Below, one piece after another: positions 23,101-34,739 of a stretch of 64,000 nucleotides of DNA (its first letter is position 1; every line of letters begins with the position of its first letter). Under the pieces are notes generated by a model. It was given only the letters and a program-made list of their open reading frames with translations, was not told where the DNA came from and made no database searches. Origin of the DNA: Marsupella aquatica (taxonomy: Eukaryota > Plantae > Marchantiophyta). The translations under genes and the position numbers were made by a program. The stretch spans positions 7,402,234-7,466,233 of the forward strand of contig OZ316894.1 of assembly GCA_973895155.1 (NCBI GenBank). Direction: 5' to 3'.

Positions 23101-23806
23101 ACCTGTTCAATGCGTGCATAGCCAACTCGATCTGAACGAAAGAGTTCTTTTCACCCTTAAAGATCTTGCAGACCACTCGAGGATGGTACTTAATATCATC
23201 CGGATGTTCCTCTGCCAGTTGGCTCCACGAATACAATCGATGGTTTCCATCGAAAACACAGAACATTTTGTCCTTGAGGATCTGGAAAGAAACATGAGAA
23301 TCACATTCGCGCTCAAACTCCTCGTTTTGCAACACCCAAATATCATCCCAAGTTTCGCGGATGGCATCTGTACAGATCTGGATTTCTCCATCCTCGTTTG
23401 TCATCTGAACGTAAAATCAAGGCGCATCCTTGATGTAACCCTGCATTTTGAACTCGGACTTCAATGTGTCTATCGCAGTGGAATCCTTCTGCAGAGACCG
23501 GACAATCTGCATGTTTCTCATCCGGCATAGAGGAATTCGGGGGGGAGCCAATGCAAATCCGAACTCATTCACTCCAAACGAGTGAAGATGACGGTTTATG
23601 ACAACCGTGTAAGGTTCCGAAGCGCTCGGATCAAACACAGGAGCAACTACATCTACCGCTGTCACCATCTTGGGCTGCCTTGGAGTCTTCAATCCCCCTG
23701 CAAGCGCTTTCTTGTTCGTTGTGGACCTAGTTTCTCTCCTTGTCGACTCCCTCGACTGAAACGATCCTCTCGAAGAAATACTCTCTGGAGACAATGATGA
23801 CTCCAT
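20190..23806 (-). pseudogene. ParB-like domain / degenerate N6A-N4C methyltransferase-fold fusion (~1084 aa, 4 exons, two nonsense codons)
   Basis: Exons 23806-23103, 23008-21648, 21561-20879 and 20696-20190 join in frame via GT-AG introns. ParB signature VFDGNHRLYSW; C-terminal LTKPKDIVLDWTVCDGSSFSAGEFSGRFVVGVE matches MTase motif I region; motif IV position reads GFISLPTG. Stops at 23417-23419 and 22954-22956. Confidence 0.75.
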
Positions 23807-26800
23807 GAAATAAAACCCTTCGGAGAAGAGTGCTCGAGCCCGGAGACTACAGCGGCTGCACGCATCAAAAATGTCCACAGAGCACCTCCTTTCGGAGAAT
23901 TAGGACAGCCGTACAAACTGCTACGAACTCCCTCCAAAGCCTTACAAAGTTACAAAAGTGAATACTGACAACGATCGATAGTACGATGTAAGGAATAACG
24001 GAAATCTCCTGGCAGGGACCACTAGTTGTACTTTTTGGAAAACATGAAGAACAACCTTCACGACCGATAATCTTATCCAGAAATAATACTCCAAGTGTCC
24101 CGTGTAACTTGTACCGTTGACATTATGGTACCCGTTGACTATTCCCAACGGAATCCTAACGGTAAACTTCCTCAAAAATCAGTTTGACTTTTTGGCTAGC
24201 GAGATCGCTGGCATAAACTCAATGACACAGGTATCCTTAAAAGAGTTGAAATCAACGATTTTCTTTCCATAAAACTATCAAAACCAAGCTAGTGAGATCG
24301 CTAGCATGGGAGACATCCCTATACGTTGAGTAAAAGACAAAATAACGGTAAAATCAACGGGAACCGACTGACAATCTGTTCGGATTGTTGTTTTCGTTGG
24401 GAAAAACCCAGTTTTGGTCCTGCAAATAGGATTCGTATGTGCGATGCAAAACATAGTCGTTGGATTTTTGTATGCTGAGAAGAGATGATGATGATGAATT
24501 CCAAGGTGGTTTTGGAGCGTAGAATGACGGGAGACGTGGTGGTACTCCCAAGTGCCCCTGACTCGTCGGAGGTTAGGGTGACAGAGTCATTCCTTGCAAC
24601 TCGTTTTGGAATTCCAAAAGATGACCTTGTCATGAAGTTGTTTGAGTTGTATTCTCAAAATGGGCCACGGAGTCACGAGTTGAGAGAGGACAGTAGTACT
24701 TCCGGGAAGGTATGACGCTGAAGGTTGGATCTTGTGTCGAGGTTCTGTCCAGTAAAGATTGTTTTCCTGAAGTCATTTTGGAACCCATGGAATTAGATCC
24801 CGTTCATCAAACTCCTGTGATTGATCTTGGGACGCCTCCCAAAGACAGAGCTCCCGAGGTCATTGAAATATCTCCAGAGAGTATAAGGCAAGACACAACT
24901 TGTGGTTCGATGAAGTCACGAGATGGTTCCAAACCCGAAGGGTTAGCGACAAATTTAATTGAAAGGACTGGGGATAGCATGACCACAGTGTATCGGATGA
25001 ATGCCTATGACACTTTTCTCAATATCAGTGGAGCGAGTGAACTTGCACAATTTAGAAGAGGGAATCAATGGAAAGAATGTCAGGTTTCGACTCTGCCATC
25101 GATCGACATACAATGGTAACGTTGTTTTTGAACTTCCTCCAGTCGAGGGGGCCGGGAGGGGAGGAGGTCTCCAAGATATGGATCGAGAGAAGGACGGCTA
25201 TCCTTGGACGAGACTAGTGACTACATCTGCGAATTTGAAGCCAAGGTTTCATTGGGCTGTGTCAAAAGTTCGTTGCGCTGGAATTCTCGAATGCCATAAT
25301 TTGGGTTGCCGGAAGTTGAAACATACTGGAGTGAAAAATGACTGCGCTTTCAGAGGGAAAGGGTTGCTGACTGACATCTTTTGTCTTGGAGAGCAAGTGA
25401 GTGAGGGAGGACTTGTCTGTGGCTTCTGTGAAGAGAGGCCTCTCTGTATTCAAGAATGCCCGGCAAAACTGTTGTATGTGTACCCTAAGCCAGGTTTGGA
25501 GAGTCACATTTCAATGCATATGTCCGATTGGCTGTGCATATGGGATTCCACGATCACCCTGTTTGGAAGGGAAAATCTCATTCTACGAGAAAAACAGCGG
25601 AAGATGTGGTTTTAGGGGTCCATCGGTTGAATCCAGTCTCAACTCCCGCACGTCTGAGAAACCAGTCAATTGGGAACCTTGTCTCGCTATTGCATCCAGA
25701 ATCATCGGCTTAGTTGTCGAGAGAAGAACAACAAGAAATTTGGAGTTCGATCGGAGTAGTTTCTACTGCTCCAAAGTTCCAAGCTATTCTTCGAAGTGTG
25801 AAGATGGATAATCCTAAAAAAGGAGAACTTGACTCACTTCATGAAATGCAATCACGTAACAATTTCCCTTTCGTGCAGAGGTACCTGTTTCCCGGTCAAG
25901 GAAACAGAAATGATCGAGCGCATGTATTCAAAATGAGTACAAATGGTCCTGGATCGGGTGTGGAAATTTTGAGGAGCATGGAGGCTGGAGGAGCATTGGA
26001 AGGTTCGTGGGTCAGTTTTGACGTGATGCATCGTATCACTAGTGGATGGTTGACCTTCAGCGCACACGTGTATGACCATAATTACCGCGCTCTGTGTACA
26101 ATTTTCACTTGCGAGTTGAGAGCCGAAGACACAGAGTCGCTTGAAACTGCGTGGAGGTTAATGGTAGATGTCGCATCCGAGAATGGAGTGCATAATCCCA
26201 TTATTGGAGGATTCATAGCAGACAATGCGAAGGCCGGCTGGATTTCTGTGAGAAGGGTATTTTTTGGAGGTGTCAGAAATCCTTTGAAAGAGCATAGTGA
26301 TGCTTTCCATCTCTCTCAATCTCTCAGAAGACACACTTTGGAGGGGATCAAGGAGGGGTGTCATGCGGAGCACTATAAGATGTGGGAGAAGTTAAGAATT
26401 GCTCCAACATACGTCGAAGCATATCATATCGCCGAAGACATTCAAAAATGGTGGAAAGAGGGGAATTGTCACCCTTCCAAGCTTAAATCACTACAAGGGT
26501 GGATTTCATGGTGGGTTGTGCGGTGGAGACAATGGGGTAACTTTATTCGTGTGGTGAGTAACGGTGAATTCTTTCTGATGAGTTTAAGCTAGCGAGATTG
26601 CTAGCAATAAAACTTCTTTTCGTAAATGTATTTTGGTCACCGACTGAAACATTAGACTGTCTCAAAATTGACATATTGCTAGTGAATACAAGTGTTAACT
26701 CTGCTCATTTTTCAGACGCAAACTGTGAAGGAGTCTGCTCTGATGCCAAACTGTCCGGGAGCTGAATCTGCTCATGCATCAATGCGTTCCTGCCAGCCGA

Positions 26801-28989
26801 AGAAGAAAATTGGTTTGATTGAAGCCTGTGAAGTTGACCAGAATCGAGCAGCCGGACAGATTGCAGCGTTCACTGCATACTTGGAAGGGTGTCATCGTGG
26901 GAATGGTCCTACAATATTTGAGCTGGCCTTCAGAAATGCAAATACAATGGGGTCTATGGATGCCTATGAGAAGGCATCCAATCTACTATTTGAATCATCT
27001 GGAAAATATGAGTTCTATAGAACTGTGCCTTTACATGGAGATCTTAGAACAACGTCAGGGAAATGGAAGGGTAGTGCTTCTGCTTCTATTCATGAAAACG
27101 ATTCTCATAGACATGATAAGATATTGCGCACAGTGGCGTCGCGGTCTAGTTTGAAAAGAAGAAATCTTTACACAGAATTTGGTAACTTCAGCGGTGCTTC
27201 TGATATTGGTGGACCTTCAGACTTTCCTGGCGATGAAGACAACCCCACTTGCCATGGACCTTCTCTTCCTCGTGAAGTTATAAATATATCAGATGATGGT
27301 GAAGAACTTAGCCGTGGAGATACAACACAGGACCCGAACTACGTTGGAGAAATACCACAGCCTCAAAATAATCGGGATGAAATTCGGGATGCACCCCGAA
27401 GGATTCCTTTTGTTGAAGAGGTTGATGTGACATATGGGACCTGGCACTTGAGGCGGAGTGGAAAAGGGAGTGGACCTGTTTGCAATGGACGAGTGGACCG
27501 AAGAGTGTCTGGAAGAGATGAGTGCAGGAATCTCATCAAAGAAACTGGAATGAAGGCATTCCGGGCTGGAGTGGTTGGTGTTGCGATTCACGGATTGAGG
27601 TTGTCATCTCCACATTGTCAGCTTCTATACTTCTGTCCGAATAATAGGTGCCATAAAATAGGTGGCAGAAGGACTCTTGCCCAGCTTCCGAAACCACCTG
27701 AGGCATTGCAAGTCCAGCGTGGGACCACGCTGACCCCAACAGAGATTGACTTTCTTCTTCGAAATGGGATTGAAATCAGAGGATTATCATACTCTGATCC
27801 AGCACCGATTGGGTCGTTCTCCTCTCCAAATCGTGTTGACCTCCGAATTGATGTGAACTCCTTCCTAGAAAGAGTTGACATTGGTATTCCAAACCGTAGA
27901 TTCAAGACCCGGAATAGGAAAGGCGTTCGTCAACGTTTCCAGAACACCCCGGAGCTTCTCAAACGCATTTGATCTGCGACTGACGAACATATGAGAGTCA
28001 TTGGAAGTGAGAAGATATGCCTCGGAAACGGGTGGGGATGGCAATATCTTATCATCACTCACGAGACAGATTCAAAAATTGCACACAAGTACTGGGTCCA
28101 AGTGTGTTGCTTTCCTTCTTGCTCATGTGATGACTTCTACAAGAGACACACGAGAGGAAGACCCTATATGTCTTGTAAACACCTCCTCTGGGTGTACTTA
28201 AACAAGTTCTCACTGAATCTAGACAGAGACAATCTTGTGAAGCAGCCAATTCTGACTGTTGCTGAAGTAAGGAGTTTGATTCCGTTGCAGTGTAGTTGAC
28301 TTAATCTCTATTATCCGTTGAGGTGAATGTTTCAGCGTCCCTAATTTTGTCGCCTTTTTGGTTTTCAGATCAGAGGAAAGTCCTCCACCTCACTAATTAT
28401 ATTGTGTATGTAATGTTAGCGAGGGTCTAGTACTATTCTATACGTATCGGCAATAGTGTTTATTTTTCTAGCGAGGTCTCTGGCATTAAACCCATAAAGT
28501 AAAGTTTTAGGTTTCCCGTAAACGGTTTCTTTTTGACCAAGTTCTACATAACGTAGAGTTCAATAACTCATGTATTTTAATTGTTTTTGGGATATACATT
28601 CGAGAAAACAAACCATTTTAGTCATGCATAGTTTTACTAGCGATGTCGCTAGCAAAACTAGTACTGTAAGTCCAAACATTGCAGTCGGCAGTCTTCTCAA
28701 GAAGTTATTTCAAAATGAACAAAGATGTGCTCCCTTACAACTGTGTTGGACATTGAGTGTCGAAGAACTTTTTTGGATCCCAGATCTACGAAATAGACAC
28801 AGTCTACAAAATGTTTATGCCCCTACAAATGTTTCCTATTCAATGGCTCCCTGCCTTGTACGCATCGGAGTCAGAGTCGGATACTGTATCATAGTCGGAG
28901 GAAGAGAGGATGTTTTCCGTGCTCGCATGTCATCCACAACGTAAATCACTCAAGTACCAGTAGGCAATATTTACTAGCGATCTCGCTAG
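20739..28989. promoter_or_regulatory. Dispersed 16-bp palindrome YTAGCGANNTCGCTAG (9 copies)
   Basis: Copies at 20739, 20828, 23029, 24196, 24289, 26589, 28468, 28637, 28974; all intronic or intergenic. Function is inferred. Confidence 0.75.
24485..28299 (+). pseudogene. Mutator-like DDE transposase with GCM-like N-terminal Zn domain and C-terminal SWIM finger (frameshifted)
   Basis: CAGILECHNLGC...CGFC...HMGFHDHP; catalytic-type FDVMHR, FIADNAKA, DAFH, GAESAH; SWIM CSCDDF...CKHLLWV; GT-AG intron at ~26554-26716. Confidence 0.75.
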
Positions 28990-29186
28990 CAAGGTATGCA
29001 CTCATGAAATTGAAAAAACTTCTGAAGCTTTATTTGAATATTGTCCAATATTTATCAAAACATCTGTAACTGACAAAATATCCGTGTCCTACCGATCATT
29101 TCATTTTAAGGTCACGGACTTGGCAGAGATTAACTGTAAAACTACGGGGGTTCGCAACGCGGAGTGATTGTCGTATAGGGTACTAT

Positions 29187-29372
29187 TCATGGAGATGCTG
29201 CCTTGTAGGCGTCTGAATCTGTGTCCGAATCCGTATCATAATCGGACGAAGCTAGGATGTCGGATGTCGAGTAGTTGTGTATGTCGATGTCCCTCCAGTA
29301 AGACTCCTCCTCCTCTCTCTTCCGCTTCTCTGAAACTCCCTTAGAAACGGATACGTTTGTGCGAGAAGACAT
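29187..29372 (-). CDS. 61-aa acidic micro-protein with NLS-like KRKR; paralogous motif at 28840-28929
   Basis: ILASSDYDTDSDTDSDAYKA versus ILSSSDYDTVSDSDSDAYKA, differing mostly at synonymous positions. Confidence 0.5.
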   Translation of the reverse strand: MSSRTNVSVSKGVSEKRKREEEESYWRDIDIHNYSTSDILASSDYDTDSDTDSDAYKAASP

Positions 29373-30614
29373 TGGTGCTCTAGAAACAACGCTTGAAGTT
29401 GTTTCCTTCGGCGGTGCAGGTCGTTGAGTTGAAGCAGAGGCAACAGGCGGGACCCGACTGGATGATGATCAGCGTCTAATCACAACTTCACAAGGGAAAG
29501 AGAGATTCTGGATGACGGTTCCTCGAGATCTCATTTATGGCTCTATAGAGGTCCCACCAAGGGCCCACTCCATCTCTTATATTCTCTTACGATATCACCA
29601 ATTCACTTGAGTGAATTCATTTCACTTTCCGTCCTCTCCTCCATGAGCAACAGACTGATGTGTCCTCTCCTCCATGAGCAACAAACTGAATGTGGAGGAA
29701 CTTGACGGAACCAAACTCACTTATGTCCTGCTAACCCTCCATTAACCCAAACGGCAATCGCGTAGTCGTCCAAGGTGATTTTGAGATCGTTGTGTGCACT
29801 TTTTGAAGTCAGACATTCAGTGGCATGTCTTCTTTCAAAAGGCATTATTCGAGATCATTCCGGACCGGAGCGATATACTCGTCTGCGGCGACTTCATTTT
29901 TCCCCTTAAGCAATTTACATGAACCTGGAAGTCAAGTACAAGAGATAGCTAGTCCCTCTTCCGTGTTCTCAATGATTCTGCCACCACTTCCTCACATGGA
30001 TTTAATTGGAGGAGGCTGGTAAAAAAGCAACATATCTAAGAGAAGAATACCACATTGTGATGCCTAGCCAGGAATCACTAGGCCAGTTAAAATGTAAAAA
30101 CTAGGAGTGTACCCTAAAAACACATTAGTATAGTAACCAAAAAAAGGAAAATATAAACAATGAAGGGTGACCATGGAACCCGAGCCGAGGCCGGAAGTAA
30201 GGACGCCACGGCAGGGAACACAATTAGGGTTAGGGTGAGCTAAGTATCGGCGGCTAGGGGTAACCAATGGGAAGGCAAGGGGGGGTAAGGACCAATCGCA
30301 AGGCATGGCGGCTCGTTTGCAAGCATGAACTAAGCAGACAATTACGTGAAGCCAACTACTGTCAACTGCTTAGGCAAGCACTGTGGGCGGGAGCAGATAC
30401 CGACTATCAACTCAAGGAGGGTATGAGCAATGTCAATCAAGCTGCTCATTTCTGGGGATGCATGTTCGAACGGGCAACTGAGTACATTGGGACCTATGAG
30501 GACGAAGAATCGGAAAGGGCAGCTCGAGAACGGCAAGAGCTCGCTCGATTGTGGGAGCTGCAGAAGTCTGCCTTCATAGGAAGAGAGCTTATCAAGGCCG
30601 AGTTCTTGTGGACT

Positions 30615-30814
30615 CCCTAGGCCCTCACTCCGTGTAAAAGAAGTGGACCCCCTGCAATCAGGACCTCTTCCTGTTTACCCCTTGTTATTTCCATTTTACT
30701 ATAAAAGTTCCCTTATTACCGGTAATAATTATAATTATTAGCTCAAAATGAATAAAACTACCCTTCGAGCGTTTGCACGTCCTCCACGTATTAGTTAAAC
30801 CTGAGGGCCCAGGG
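30615..30814. mobile_element. 200-bp MITE with 8-bp TSD
   Basis: TIR CCCT(A/G)GGCCCTCA, TSD TGTGGACT; absent from the 56921 copy. Confidence 0.9.
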
Positions 30815-33800
30815 TGTGGACTCCTACTGCCAATCAGCTTGACGGCCTTCTGTTTTGTGAAAATAGAATCGTCGAGATCCGGGAAGCCATCAACCGCTAC
30901 AACGACATACACTGGGAGCTGAAGGGTAGCACTGAGATGTGGACGAAGGCAACCGTGCTCGGAGAAACATCCACAGCAGCCGATATGAAGAGGAAAGGGT
31001 ACAACAATGAAGAGGCCACCCCTGCAAAGAGAATGAGGTCGGCGGCACTAAGGAAGCCGGCCGAGCAAGGAAGCAGGAGGCAGGGAGGAGCCAAAGAAGA
31101 GGAGGTCAACCCCATCAATGTTGTTCCAACAAGGGATGACACCTAGAGAGGCTGGGCGGCGACCCTTCCCGAGGAAGTGCAATTACACTTTGCACGAGAG
31201 GAGGATGCATGCTTTACAGCTATGCAAACTCAGAAGTACCAGGGCCTCATGGCCGGATCCGGCTTGGAAGCCTTCGTGAAATTACCGTGGCTGAAGCCGG
31301 AGGTGCCGGACGCTGACTTATTAGAATTTGTGGGATCATGGGATCCCGAGACAAATTCCACAAGGGTGTATGGGAAGGATTTCTATCTCACTCCCCAGGT
31401 GATTGCCGAGGTGTTTGGCTTGCCGATAGGCAATAAGACCAAAGTTGATACCAGGAAGACCTTGCCAGACAAGGAGTTCCGGTTGTTCCGAGGGCCATCA
31501 ACAAAGAATGGCTTCTTCCGGAATACCTGCACCAACCCACACATTGGGGAGATGATTGATTTCTTGCGGGTAACCGTGCACTACAACCTGCTGAGGCCAG
31601 AGATCGGCAAGGCACAAGTCTAACTGGTTGAGAGGCCAGACCCAAGCCGGGACTACAACGGGTACCTCCTCATCCAACTGAAGAAGATCTTGAAGGAGGA
31701 ATAGCAGGTGATCGGCAAGGGAAGTGTGTCCCGGCTTGGCTATCACATGCCGCTGTTGTGCCAGTATGCCCGGAGTCAGATCTTTGCCCCAGTACTTCCC
31801 CTGCAGACAAGGGCACTTGAGGAGGTTCCGGACTAGAGGCCAGCAGCAAAGAAACCCAACCAGCCCGGCAGTCCTACGATCGAACAAGTGTTTAGGCCAA
31901 GGACGGAAGACTTGCCAATGCAGCAACCATGCATGAAGAATCTTCTAAAATTGCTGGAGAAGAAAAAGAGGGTTGTGACGGCAACGGCACCGGTACAGGT
32001 ATCTGCTCTAGAGGTAGGTCTAAGCCGACTTACAAGGGAAAACCCCTTTACCGGAGCCAAGGAAAGAAGGAGGCCAGAACACGAGCCGGGGGTTCGAATA
32101 GATGTGGGAGCCACGAGTCCAGAACCCGAGGGAGAGCAGCCCAAAGCTCCTGGTCGCAATAGGGAGAAGGAGAGATCAGCTTGGAAGCCAGAGGAGGAAC
32201 CGGGACCCGTGAGCTATGTTTGGCAGGAGACCGTGTTCATAGCAAGACCAGGAGAGCAACGGGGGGAGCCAGTAATCCAAGTCGGGGAGGAGGTGGTGGA
32301 GGACTACGGCAATGACGACTCCGGCTATGGGTCGGACCATCATGTCCTAGGAGTAAGGACCTGTGGCCATTTCATCCCCACGCTTCCTAGAGTAGTTTGA
32401 GGGGACCCCACCCAGCAGAGCAGCCCCGAGTCTCCCCCACCAGATGTCGCTCCCCCAAGATTTGACGGGATAAAATAGACGGCACAGGAGTTTCAGGAGC
32501 GACTCAGGGAAGAAGAAGAGGCAGCCCTGGCCAAAGAGAAGGATTTACCTGGGGGAGAATGGCCAAAGGATATCCGGCGGCTTGCCGAAGGGTGAAGCAG
32601 CCCACCAATCACAATAGAAGAGATCCAAAAGGCGACTTGGGAACAAAGGCCGTGGTGGGTAATGCTGATGACTAGTACTCACTCCACCTATGCGCAAGAA
32701 AGAGCCATGGAGTACGGGGAGATGTGAGGGGAACTTGCGTTGAGCATCTTTGGGGAGGAGTTGGAGCAGGGACCCTTTTTCCAGAGGGAGATGTTGGGAA
32801 AACGCCGATTGGAGGAAGCGGTGGCTTTGGAGAGGAGGAAGAAGGACGAGGTCATCCGACGGCTTAGGGAGAAGGAAGCCAAGGCAAAAGACCTGAATGC
32901 GGCCAAGAAAGCCCAAGATGAGCTACGGATTAAGCGGCATGAGCTAAACATCATCCAGGGGCAACTAGATATCGCTCAGTCTGATAATCAGATTATCAAG
33001 GATAAACTAACTCGGACCCAAGGGGAGTTGGCCGACGCGGTCAAGGAAAAGGAGAAGTGGAAGCGGGAGCTGAAGGACGCAGAGGAGGCCCACATAGCAA
33101 CCAACAATTGGGCCATGGTGGAGACACAAAGGAAGGAGAGGGCGCTGAAGGGGGAGCTCGAGGATCTCCGCGGAGCCCTTGAACAAAAGGAGGCCTAGTT
33201 AGGGAGATCCTATCAAGGGATTATTGTGCTGCAATAGGAGCTTGCATCCCTGACGGTCAGCTTCAAAGCCGACCTGCGTGAGAAGGACGACCAGCTCGAT
33301 CAGACTTACGCCAAGATGAACCAGATGGAGTCTGAGGTCGTAACGGAGCTTGACAACGAGCTGAGAGCAACCCAAGAAGAGAGGGCTGCCTTAAGAAAGG
33401 AATTGGAGGAAGCCCAGAAGGAGCTGGAGGAGGCGCACAAGGACCTGGACAAAACACAAGAGGAGTTGGAGGAAAGCACGAGGAAGATGGAGAACTTACA
33501 ACGGCGGGCCGACAACCAAACGGAGCGGCTGAAGAAACAAGCCGCAGTATTTAAGTGCTTAGCTTCATCAGTTCAAACTCCAAATGGGGCAACAAAGTTG
33601 CCAGGGGTAGTGCTGGCTGAGGGACAAGCTGCGACACTCGCACCAGTGCCGGAGGTAAGTGGCAAGGGGAAGGGACCAGCTGCCAAACCAGGAAAGAAGA
33701 AGAAGCGGAAACCTTTTGGGTCAAGGAGCAACGGGGCTTCTCAAGCCATCGTGACCAAGGAGAACACGGCACCAGCCTCAGGCCGGGACAATTATTGATG

Positions 33801-34739
33801 AAGCCGGGGTACCAGATCCACCACTAGAGCAGGCCGGGGAGGCCGTAGCCGGATCTGAGGCCGTAGCCAAAAGCTGAGGCCCCCGAGGGTGGACCCGGTC
33901 AGGCCGCGGGAGAGTTGACTGGGTCTGGGGCAGGTAATCTATTAGAGGATGGACCTACAACAGTGGTTGAGGAGGAAGCGTTGGGGGCGTCCATTGAGGA
34001 TCAGCCACCGCTACCATGACGGTGGTGGAGGTTCGCTCCTTTTAAGGAGGGCGGATGTGGAGGGAGGAGGCATGAGTGGGCAAGGCCCGGGCGCAAATCT
34101 CTAAGTTTAGAAATTAGGATCAGGACCAAGAGGCGGCCTTGACAATTAGATTAGTGGGATTGCGGATCCACTGGTAGGAGCAACACTTGTGCTCCTGCCT
34201 CGGTGCACATAGGTAGATTATAGTTAGGATAGATTAGGCTTACGCTACAAGGAATTAGGCGGATCCACTGCCAGGATAAGTACCTGGGCAACGGGGAGTT
34301 AAGGGCCTTCTTCTTTAGCAAGTTTTTAGTGCACCAGCAGGGCTGGGATCAAGTAGTAAAAGAAGCTCTCAGTTAGTTATACAGTGACCCTTGTGTATAT
34401 TCATGTTTCCTCATGCCTAGGAGCTGAATAGAGTTGGCCTCACGGCTTAGTTCGCAGATCTTGTGTATGAGAAGTACTGTTTGTATGGCAAGTGCATGGT
34501 ATAACTCAGTCAGGAGGAGTCATTTTGCTATTTGTGTGTCGCATTAACTTGTTTGAAGATTGCCCACATCAACCAAGAGAGAAGGGAAGTAAGCAAGGCA
34601 ATAAAAGTTGGATGTGTCGAGTTGAGAGAGGTCTTAGCGGCTAACCCAAGCCAATTGGGGATCATTCCGGTGGCAGAATCCAAACATACATAAAGGAAGA
34701 CCAGGAGAGGAAGAGAAGGGGAGGCATAGAATAGGCCAG

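Larger units (their letters stand above)
19747..29905. mobile_element. Large cargo-carrying Mutator-type DNA transposon (element 2; termini not established)
   Basis: Divergently oriented transposase and ParB-MTase-like genes plus small ORFs share one dispersed palindrome. Right end tentatively ...TTTTTCCCC|TTAA; no matching left TIR found. Confidence 0.55.

Noticed and set aside
29110-29170. Second tRNA-like structure (TTGGCA...GGGGTTCG)
   Set aside because: T stem and acceptor stem do not pair.
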